This document shows positions 7,880 to 16,027 of a stretch of DNA of 64,000 bases, one piece after another; position 1 is the stretch's first letter; each line of letters starts with the position of its first letter. This DNA is from an uncultured Desulfobacterales bacterium (GTDB taxonomy: Bacteria > Desulfobacterota > Desulfobacteria > Desulfobacterales > JBDRRP01). Below the pieces are notes generated by a model. That model searched no databases. It was not told the DNA's origin and worked only from the letters and a program-made list of their open reading frames with translations. A program made the translations under genes and the position numbers. The stretch is from positions 1,183 to 65,182 of the forward strand of contig CAYUOU010000013.1 of the NCBI GenBank assembly GCA_964446485.1, read 5' to 3'.

Positions 7880-9871
7880 TCACCTTTCCACTATTTGGTT
7901 CTCAATACCTTTGCCGATCAATTCTTCATACTGCGCCTGTGCCCCGGCCTTGGTGTAGAACGCACCGATATAGAGGTGATTCCTGCCATCCTCGCGGGCA
8001 ATCACATATGAGCTGAAACCGAGGGCGTCAATCTCGCCGGCGCTCTTTAAAACAGCCTTTCTGTCTTTACTGGCACCGATCCAATTGGCATAGCGCGTCG
8101 GTTTCACCACTGCGCCGGTCAGTCCTTCTTCGGCCATAAACGCCTGGGCTTCGGACTCAGAATCGAAATGCCCGCCGAAAACCCTGTACCAGATTCCCTT
8201 GCTGCCGAGATCTACTTTCACCCAGTGGGCATCGATGCCGGATTCTCTGTAGAAAGAGACCACATCGGCCGCTTTCTCCTGAGATCTGAAATAGGTCAGT
8301 CGTAAAGAATACGGATACGCCGACGAGGGCGGGTTGGCGGTTTCAAAAACGGCTGGAGGAATCGGCGGTTCAGAGACTGAAGTCTCGACCTGGCTGGCGG
8401 CCACTGTTTGCGAATCGTTTGGCTGCGCAACATTAGTTTCGGCATCAAGCGCGCCTTGATTCATGCCGGCCGATTCCAGCACGGGCCTGACACTCTCCGC
8501 CTTAACCGATAGCGGTTGCTGGGCTGCGTGGCCTGGCCCGGCTGTATTGTCTTTCTCCACAACCGTCCGGGGCGCCGCCATTTGGCCGTTTTGCGCGGAC
8601 AAGAACTGCCACAGTGCCCCAGCTGCGATCAGCAGCAGCGCGAATACTAAGATGATCTTTCGGACCGCGCTGCCGGAAAAAACCGATTTATCGGAATCCC
8701 TGCCCTTGTCGACCACAGGGCCCGCCACACTGACACCTCCGGCACTGCCATCAGTTAATGGCTTCCTTAATATCTCTTCTCCCGGCTTAACCGTTTCAAA
8801 ACTGACGGGCTTCGTTGCCAGATAGGATTCCTCTGCAATGGCAAGCAGGTCTTCCTCGGATACCGCGTCGGTGATGTACAGCAAGGAATGCTCAGGCAGG
8901 TTGATAATTCTCTCGGTGAGCACCCGCTTTCGCTGGGAGTCATAAACGATCTGAAGTTTAGGCCGCATCGGTTGGTCCTGATAAGTCTCAATGACGCGTC
9001 CGATGGCTTTGGAATTCAATTTCACATAACTTTGTAAGGGAAAAATCGAAAACGTGTTTAGCAATGCCTTCAGGTATCGCTGCTGAAATTGACGCTTTCC
9101 AGAGCGGATGATTTCCTTTACGGCGTAATAATGCAGTATTTTTTCCCGCTGCGGCCGGGTATGGATCAATGCCTCATACATGTCCACGAGGCCGATAATC
9201 TGCGCATAATCATGGATCTCATCCACCTTCAGGCCCCTGGGGTATCCAGAACCATCGACACGCTCGTAAATCTGTAAAGTGCACTCGGCAAGATAGGCGT
9301 AGTCTTCACCAAACTGCCTGAGAATTTCGTACCCTAATTTGGGTCGCTCCTTGATCAGGTGAAATTCCCTATCATTGAGTTTCTCCGCCTTATAAATGAT
9401 TTCATCCGGCATTTTCGCCATGCCGATGTCATGGAATAACCCGACCATCCCCATCTCGATTTGCCGCTCTCGGGAATACCCAAGCGATTCAGCCATTTTT
9501 ATTGCGTAAATGGCGACATTCACTGAATGATTGACGACAAAGTCATAGGACTCATCAGAGTGGATCGACTTGAGGAAAAGGGCGTCCATTGGGGTTCGAA
9601 TGTCAACGATGCGCTCCAGTATGGTGTATCCAGGGTCAAGTTCGAAGGATTGATCATTTCGGACCGCTGTCATCACCACGCTCAGATAGTCTGTTGCCTT
9701 GCGGTAGAGATTTCGGCGGGCTTCGTCGGATTGTAGATCTTCATTACTGCCGACCTTCGCCGTTTTCGATAGGGGTGCTTCTGGGCGGGATTGCTTTTCA
9801 GTTCCATTCATCGCGGCAAGCCGCCTGAAGCTGAGCCCATTATCTGTTCCGGATTTCTGATGCATCGCCAC
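7880..9871 (-). CDS. HD-GYP-like domain protein (degenerate metal site) with one TM helix and tandem C-terminal SPOR domains
   Basis: 663 aa. HD domain blocks HSVNVAIYAI and LFHDIGM, plus GYP block YERVDGSGYPRGL. TM helix KIILVFALLLIAAGALWQFL. Two C-terminal SPOR-like repeats of about 75 aa (YSLRLTYFRSQEKAADV...WYRVFGGHFDSESEAQAF; FSSYVIAREDGRNHLYIGAFYTKAGAQAQYEEL). Confidence 0.8.
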   Translation of the reverse strand: MAMHQKSGTDNGLSFRRLAAMNGTEKQSRPEAPLSKTAKVGSNEDLQSDEARRNLYRKATDYLSVVMTAVRNDQSFELDPGYTILERIVDIRTPMDALFLKSIHSDESYDFVVNHSVNVAIYAIKMAESLGYSRERQIEMGMVGLFHDIGMAKMPDEIIYKAEKLNDREFHLIKERPKLGYEILRQFGEDYAYLAECTLQIYERVDGSGYPRGLKVDEIHDYAQIIGLVDMYEALIHTRPQREKILHYYAVKEIIRSGKRQFQQRYLKALLNTFSIFPLQSYVKLNSKAIGRVIETYQDQPMRPKLQIVYDSQRKRVLTERIINLPEHSLLYITDAVSEEDLLAIAEESYLATKPVSFETVKPGEEILRKPLTDGSAGGVSVAGPVVDKGRDSDKSVFSGSAVRKIILVFALLLIAAGALWQFLSAQNGQMAAPRTVVEKDNTAGPGHAAQQPLSVKAESVRPVLESAGMNQGALDAETNVAQPNDSQTVAASQVETSVSEPPIPPAVFETANPPSSAYPYSLRLTYFRSQEKAADVVSFYRESGIDAHWVKVDLGSKGIWYRVFGGHFDSESEAQAFMAEEGLTGAVVKPTRYANWIGASKDRKAVLKSAGEIDALGFSSYVIAREDGRNHLYIGAFYTKAGAQAQYEELIGKGIENQIVER

Positions 9872-10148
9872 TTCCCCTTCGTAGGGTAAGTCTAATTCGG
9901 GTTTAAATTAAGTTTTATCCTGCCCACCGTATTGCATGCCGGGACTCTCGTAGCAAAAGGCATACCATCAAATTAATTTAACCCTGTTTTAATGGAAACA
10001 TTAACAGCCAGTCAACTTATTCCAAAGGATTTTGGCAAAAAAACTCAATAATTCAGATCTCTAAAAGGCCTGATCTCCAAATATTGTTGTGTCTCAAACC
10101 ATAAAATGTCGACCTGTAAAGCCGATTATATGGCCTCACAGGGTATCA

Positions 10149-11303
10149 TCACCGTAGTTTAGAACCTCGACCGGAGCGCTCAAGCACCGTTACCAGCGCA
10201 ACTAAAAAAACAGCCTGAATAATCAGGACGGCTGCATCAAGCGCGGTTGCATTCCGTAAGGCCACTGCGCTGCAACCGAAACAAATGCTCAGAAAGTATA
10301 TGAAGAAAACGCTCCGTTTCTGCCCCCCAAGCACCGCCGAAATACGGTGATGTAAATGATCCCTACCGACATAATCAAGCCATTGCCTGAAATTGTGAAC
10401 CTTCCCTGACAGAACGCGGTCTATCGAAATATGAACCATGTCAAATATCAACACCCAAAAAATCAATAGCGGTGCTGCAATCGCCGCAACATGATTCCCC
10501 GGGTTCCAGTCTCCGTAAACAGCAAGGCAGGCCAAAACAAATCCTATGACAGTGCTGCCGGCGTCACCCAAAAAAATTGTCGCCCGACCCTTTTTCAAGA
10601 GATTGTAAGGGATAAAACCGAGGCAACTGCCCAGCATGGCCGCCGCCACCCACCCTAAAAAATACTGATCAGACTGAAATGCCACAACACCCAAAAAAAA
10701 AGATATGATTATCCCCAACCCAGCGGCCATGCCATCCATGCCATCAAAAAAATTCAGGGCATTCGTAATCCCAGCTATCCAAAGAAACGTCAGCGCCCAG
10801 TTGGCGGTATCCGCAAACCACCCGTAATCCAGCGGCACGACCCTGAGCACAACGCCATGGAAAACGACGAAACCGACACACACCAGTTGGATAAAAAGCT
10901 TGAGTTTCGCGGAGAGCTCTTTGACATCGTCGAGCGTACCCGCAGCAAACAGTAGCGATGTTGCAAGCAAGATGGCCGTAAGTTCCTGAGAATAAATCCC
11001 ATTGACAACAATTGAGAGCAGAAAGGCAACAAAGATCGCTGCGCCGCCGAGCAAAGGGGTCGCCCCTTCATGGTTTTTCCTGGCATCAGGCAAATCCAGG
11101 GCGTTGATTCTATAGGCGAGCCATCGGACAAGCGGTGTTAGAGAAAAACTCAAAAAGAAAGACAACAACACGATGTACAACCAGCGGTATCCCGAATTGG
11201 TAAAATGCGTCTGTACTGGCGGCATCAGCAGAATGGCGGCGGCAAGCACCACTGGAATAAAGTGCCGCCACCAGATACCCGTCCTGTTATAGATGCCGCT
11301 CAA
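10149..11303 (-). CDS. Polyprenyl-phosphate HexNAc-1-phosphate transferase (MraY/WecA family initiating phosphoglycosyltransferase)
   Basis: 384 aa polytopic membrane protein with DLPDARKNHEGATPLLGG, GTLDDVKELS and NALNFFDGMDGMAAG, the MraY/WecA-family signature blocks. Confidence 0.85.
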   Translation of the reverse strand: MSGIYNRTGIWWRHFIPVVLAAAILLMPPVQTHFTNSGYRWLYIVLLSFFLSFSLTPLVRWLAYRINALDLPDARKNHEGATPLLGGAAIFVAFLLSIVVNGIYSQELTAILLATSLLFAAGTLDDVKELSAKLKLFIQLVCVGFVVFHGVVLRVVPLDYGWFADTANWALTFLWIAGITNALNFFDGMDGMAAGLGIIISFFLGVVAFQSDQYFLGWVAAAMLGSCLGFIPYNLLKKGRATIFLGDAGSTVIGFVLACLAVYGDWNPGNHVAAIAAPLLIFWVLIFDMVHISIDRVLSGKVHNFRQWLDYVGRDHLHHRISAVLGGQKRSVFFIYFLSICFGCSAVALRNATALDAAVLIIQAVFLVALVTVLERSGRGSKLR

Positions 11304-11622
11304 TGGCCCTCCTCATTTTTTTGGGCGGTATGTGACCCAATCCCGGCTTGCGCCTCCGCTGCCCATTTGCTCAACTTAAAAAAAAACCGGTACGCTGCTG
11401 ATTTCGCGTTGCCGGCGTTTCTTTTTGGTAAGCATGATAACTGCAGGTTATTTGTAAACCGCAGACTAAACACTAAACCATCGTTATTTCAGAAAAATAG
11501 AGAACCTTTACCTTTTCAGGGTGTTCATCACACCGGCGCTGTCGTGGAACTTCCAATCGTTTTTACTTAATTATGCATAATTATATATCGACATATCCTC
11601 TTTTGTCCATAAATTTAATTTG

Positions 11623-12273
11623 TTAAGCAGGATTGCATTCCCCTTTCGGGTTCACGTTGATGAAAAGTCTCAGAGGAACAAATCCTTCGGCATTCGCCAC
11701 TCGGCCCTGAATTCCCCTGAAATTGGCACTTGCCCGCGCAATCTGAACGATTGAGAGATCTTCAATGTTGGTTTTATCTATCTGAGATCGGTGGGCGAGC
11801 AGTGCTTCAATTTTCCGGTCTATTGTATCCGTAATATCAACAAACACTTGGGGGCTGAATCCCCAAGTGGTCGGCCCCTCGTAAAACAACACATTCCGCA
11901 GGTTTCGGGTTGCGGATTGGATCGCCTGAGAAAGATGCCGGTGATCCTGGTGGGTATCATCCGGGTAGTGGCAGAAAATAAACTGGGGGTTAACCTCTTT
12001 GATGACAGCTTCGACCTGATTGATGAGTTTCTGGTCTACTTGGAGTTCGGTATCGTTATAGCCTCCCCAGAAGACCTTTTTCACCCCCATAATTTTGCTG
12101 GCGTTTTCCTGTTCCTTCATCCGAACCTGGGCGTCACCCCCCTGCCCGCCGCCGGTCATGACCAACTGAAACACCAGATGCCCTTGATCGGCGTATTTGA
12201 TGAGCGTACCGCCGCAGCCGATTTCAATATCATCCGGATGGGCTCCTATGGCGAGAATGTTGATTTTATCCAT
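11623..12273 (-). CDS. PIG-L/LmbE family deacetylase
   Basis: The N-terminal ILAIGAHPDDIEIGCGGTL motif and downstream H..H metal site (PDDTHQDHRH) are typical of PIG-L N-acetylglucosaminyl deacetylases. Confidence 0.85.
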   Translation of the reverse strand: MDKINILAIGAHPDDIEIGCGGTLIKYADQGHLVFQLVMTGGGQGGDAQVRMKEQENASKIMGVKKVFWGGYNDTELQVDQKLINQVEAVIKEVNPQFIFCHYPDDTHQDHRHLSQAIQSATRNLRNVLFYEGPTTWGFSPQVFVDITDTIDRKIEALLAHRSQIDKTNIEDLSIVQIARASANFRGIQGRVANAEGFVPLRLFINVNPKGECNPA

Positions 12274-12409
12274 AATTACCGCCTCTACTATATTGTGGCA
12301 GCTAAAATTTACAAACGCTGTTTGTAATTTTAGATTGAATAATCATTGCTTCGTATACCTAAAAGCCATTTGCCGCAGACTGTCAATTCCCATGCACTTA
12401 TCGCAACAG

Positions 12410-13099
12410 CTATCTACCGCTTTGAGCAATGATGTCACAGCTTTTAGGTCCGCAATTGAACAGCAAATCTATGATGGACATGTGGGATTCGAACCCCTCA
12501 AAGCACTGAATGTATTCAGGGTGGCGAAATCTTTGAACGATCACCTCGATGCCGCTGCGTTCGAACGCCCCCATTTCCATGTAATTGGGGCCGCCCGGCC
12601 CGGATAGATATGAGTCTGCACCCATGCGTTTACAAATATCGATCAGCCGGAGCGTGGGATCATCACTCAATTTCCCCAAGCTGGATGCCACCGATATGGG
12701 TTTGGCCCCAATGCCCAAATAGTCCCGCAGGCGACTTATCGCGAATATGCTGAATTCGCTGAGGGAAGCACATTCGCGGTCATAGACATCCTCGACAATG
12801 GCCAGCACCGCTTCAAAAAACGGCGCTTTGCTGTAGTTTGTCGTGAGCGCCTGAAAATGCTTTCTTTTCCAGTTAGCGCTATTGTTGATCCTTACCTCTT
12901 TGATGACTTCAGGAAACCGAAATGACACCGGAACGGTCAGCCACTGCCAACCCGCGGCCGTTTTGATGCGGTTGCGATTCTGCCACTCGTTTTTCTTGTA
13001 CTGGACAGTATCCAGGAGACAAAACCCATCCGAAACGATCATTTTGTGGAAATAACCGAGCCAGGGTAGAAATTGGGGTTGGTGGATGGCGAGAATCAC
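12410..13099 (-). CDS. WbqC family protein (polysaccharide-locus protein of unknown biochemical function)
   Basis: The start MILAIHQPQFLPWLGYFHKM...LDTVQYKKNEWQNRNRIKT matches the characteristic WbqC-like N-terminal block. Confidence 0.8.
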   Translation of the reverse strand: MILAIHQPQFLPWLGYFHKMIVSDGFCLLDTVQYKKNEWQNRNRIKTAAGWQWLTVPVSFRFPEVIKEVRINNSANWKRKHFQALTTNYSKAPFFEAVLAIVEDVYDRECASLSEFSIFAISRLRDYLGIGAKPISVASSLGKLSDDPTLRLIDICKRMGADSYLSGPGGPNYMEMGAFERSGIEVIVQRFRHPEYIQCFEGFESHMSIIDLLFNCGPKSCDIIAQSGR

Positions 13100-13290
13100 T
13101 TTCGATTCTTCTCCTGTTCAGTCAAAGAATGGATCCGGGGTTTCGAGGGTTCAAGTAGTCAAGCGTACCCACACTGCGTCCGACAGCCATAAAAGTAAAT
13201 GGGCCGGCGCCCTTCACACATGTGAAATTCGTCACGGCACCGAAACGCCAATCGTACCATGCCATATGGGACCCTGGGGCAATAGGTCGT

Positions 13291-13385
13291 GTAGGGTGCG
13301 GGGTTTATCCCCGCCCGTGACCGATGTACACAAAGGGTTGGGGTCACCTTCTCCGATTGCTGGAGGGGATGAACCCCTACCCTAC
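13291..13385. repeat. REP-like GC hairpin pair, family A (GTAGGG-GNGGGG-TTTAT-CCCCNCCC and inverted partner)
   Basis: gtagggtgcggggtttatccccgcccg at 13291-13317 and the degenerate inverted copy aggggatgaacccctaccctac at 13364-13385. The same family occurs at 37182-37258 and 52555-52631. Confidence 0.7.
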
Positions 13386-14717
13386 AAAACAGCCAGTGCC
13401 CAACCGGCTTAAATGTTCAACCAGCGATACCGGCGTAATCCACTGCACCAGCGTGCCATCGACCTCCATTCGGGCGTCGAGCTTCAAATTGACAATAAAC
13501 AGGTGGGCCGGCGAATAGGCGCTGATGAAACTGCGAGCAGAGCGTGACAAACTGGGGCGCTCCATGAAAGCCGCCTTGGCCTCAAAAGCGCTGATTGTCG
13601 CACCACACCGCCAGACGAAATCAACCTCAGCACCTGCTTTGCTGCGCCAGAAATGAAGGGAGTCGGCCAAACCCACATGCTTATAAAGTTCTGAAAAGAG
13701 CCAATTCTCAAACAATACCCCTTTGTCAGGACGTAATTGAAAATCACTAAACTGGTGAATCACCGCGTTGCGGATACCGTTATCGATAAAAAACATTTTG
13801 GGTGCACTGATGATCTCCGCCCGCTTGCCGCCTACGTAGGGCGTTACGAGTTTGATCACATGGCTTTCACCCAAAATGGCAGCATAGCTCTCAACCGTTT
13901 TAACATCTAATCCACACTGCGAGGCCCAGTCTGAAAAATTCACCAAGTTTCCGATTTGAGTCGCCATTAGGGCTAGCAACTGGCGAAACTTTGCCGGGTA
14001 GCGAATCCTAAATACATCCGATGCATCCCGAATCACAAAAGATTCTACCAAACGATTGAGGATGTTTTCCGGCTTTTCAGCAAAGCACACTTCTGGGTAG
14101 GATCCATTTATCAGAATCCGATCCAGTTTCTTAAAAACCTGCTGTGAACGAATCAGCTGGGCCGGAGGCGCATCCTGAGCGGCCCATTCCCCAAGCGAGA
14201 ATGGTAACAGCAAAAGCCGCTCAGCCCTTCCGGCAAGAGATTCCCGAATCTTGTCATGCAGATGATAGGAGGCACTCCCGGTGGCAAAAACCATCGCGCC
14301 AATGCCTAAATCGATTAGCCCTTTGAGAAAAAGTGCCGCATTCTCAATGTATTGAACTTCCTCAAAAAAAAGTATCTTCGGCCTTTTGGCCACCGTCTGG
14401 AGGTCGCGCCATACGCCTGCTGGAGAGAGACACCACTCCTGAAATATCGATTCATTGGCGTTGATGTAAACAACGCCTTCCGGCCCCATATCAGACAGGA
14501 TGTGCCAAATCAGTGTTGATTTACCACTTTGCCGAGGACCGATGACCAGGTTGATTTTGCCATTCCGCGGCCATGAGGGTCTATTCGCCGCAAAACGCTG
14601 GACATAAGGAAAGCCCTGAGCCTGGGGCAGGAATTTGCCGATGGCCTCCGGCCAGGTATTCGGCGTCTCCAGCCACGGGTTGTATAAAAGTAATGTCGAT
14701 AAAACGCTTTGGTCCAT
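13377..14717 (-). CDS. AAA+ ATPase, AAA_14/DUF4143-type
   Basis: 446 aa with Walker A VIGPRQSGKSTL, Walker B ILFFEEVQY and a C-terminal DUF4143-like region. It has no relation to glycan synthesis, and its 3' end runs into a REP unit. Confidence 0.8.
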   Translation of the reverse strand: MDQSVLSTLLLYNPWLETPNTWPEAIGKFLPQAQGFPYVQRFAANRPSWPRNGKINLVIGPRQSGKSTLIWHILSDMGPEGVVYINANESIFQEWCLSPAGVWRDLQTVAKRPKILFFEEVQYIENAALFLKGLIDLGIGAMVFATGSASYHLHDKIRESLAGRAERLLLLPFSLGEWAAQDAPPAQLIRSQQVFKKLDRILINGSYPEVCFAEKPENILNRLVESFVIRDASDVFRIRYPAKFRQLLALMATQIGNLVNFSDWASQCGLDVKTVESYAAILGESHVIKLVTPYVGGKRAEIISAPKMFFIDNGIRNAVIHQFSDFQLRPDKGVLFENWLFSELYKHVGLADSLHFWRSKAGAEVDFVWRCGATISAFEAKAAFMERPSLSRSARSFISAYSPAHLFIVNLKLDARMEVDGTLVQWITPVSLVEHLSRLGTGCFVG

Positions 14718-14842
14718 CTGACTTGATCGCTTTAGCGATTTAAGAGGGTTGCATCTCTATGTCGGCTTTTCACCGCTGGAAAATTTTATTCCAATATTAG
14801 TAGGGATAAAATGGGCTGTCAATCATAATGAGAATGGTTTAT

Positions 14843-16021
14843 CTATAATTTGACCTTTATCAGTTCACTATACAATTGATCCAGTTTCTCCACCATCGAC
14901 TCGACACTGAATTGCCTCGATTTCCTTTTCCCGGCAGCACCCATCTGCGCGGCAAGTTCCTTGTCCTCCAGCAACTTGATAATCGTCTTAGCCAGAGCTC
15001 CGGAATCTTCTGATGGAAATAGGTAACCGTTTACACCGTGCTCGATTAAATCGGGAATGCCGCCGACATTGGAGGCGATAACCGGTTTGCCGGCGGCCAT
15101 TGCTTCGACAATAACGCGCCCCATGCCCTCGTTCCGAGAAGGTAGCACAAAGATATCCAGCGCCGGAAAGATGTTCCAGATATCATCCCGCCATCCAAGA
15201 AAATGGACACAAGACTCTTTGCCGCGCTCTCTGACCATTCTCTTCAGTTCGGATGCCATTTCCCCCTTACCGACTAAGACAAGATGCGCCTTGGGGTGGG
15301 CACGCCACACATCCATCATTGCCCGCAGCAGTATATCTGGTCCCTTGATTGGCAGCAGCCAACCGATCGTTCCGATGATGGCAGTGCTGGAATCGATCCC
15401 AAGAGAAGCTCGAATGGCAGAAGCGTTGGCTTTAGTGGCTGCAAACCGGTCGATCTCGACCCCGCTGTGGATTTTGACCATCTTATGGGGCGGACTCACC
15501 CGCATACTGACGTAGTCATCCCACTCCCCCTGGGTCAAGGCGACGGTGATATCCGTAAAGCGATCCAATATCCGCTCGATGTATAGAAACACCTTTGAGA
15601 TCAACCTGCTGAAATGGCCATAAAATACATGGCCGTGCGGCGTGTGCACGACAATGGGAATTCCTGCTATTAGAGCGGCAACACGCCCCAATAACCCTGC
15701 CTTGGAAGTGTGTGTGTGAATGATGTGGGGCTTTGTTCGCCGAAGAAGCTCCAGGATTTCCACTATGGCCTTTGCATCATGGATGGGATGGATGCGCCGG
15801 TTGAGGCGCTTCAATCTTACCACCCAAACACCATGCCTGCCGGCGGCTCGAAGCCCGACATCGACCATGTCCCTCTCGGCAGGCGTCATGTGCGATTCTT
15901 GCGTCGGCCCGAATGCCAGGACTGTTTCATACCGGTTGGGCAGACCGTCGCAAGACATGAGGGTGTTTTGCGCCGAACCGCCCATATCCATTCGGGTGAT
16001 GAGGTGAAGGACGCGTATCAT
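14843..16021 (-). CDS. Glycosyltransferase, GT-B fold (GT4-like)
   Basis: N-terminal MIRVLHLITRMDMGGSA and C-terminal E-x7-E region PSRNEGMGRVIVEAMAAGKPVIASNVGGIPDLI. Confidence 0.85.
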   Translation of the reverse strand: MIRVLHLITRMDMGGSAQNTLMSCDGLPNRYETVLAFGPTQESHMTPAERDMVDVGLRAAGRHGVWVVRLKRLNRRIHPIHDAKAIVEILELLRRTKPHIIHTHTSKAGLLGRVAALIAGIPIVVHTPHGHVFYGHFSRLISKVFLYIERILDRFTDITVALTQGEWDDYVSMRVSPPHKMVKIHSGVEIDRFAATKANASAIRASLGIDSSTAIIGTIGWLLPIKGPDILLRAMMDVWRAHPKAHLVLVGKGEMASELKRMVRERGKESCVHFLGWRDDIWNIFPALDIFVLPSRNEGMGRVIVEAMAAGKPVIASNVGGIPDLIEHGVNGYLFPSEDSGALAKTIIKLLEDKELAAQMGAAGKRKSRQFSVESMVEKLDQLYSELIKVKL

Positions 16022-16027
16022 CTTTCC

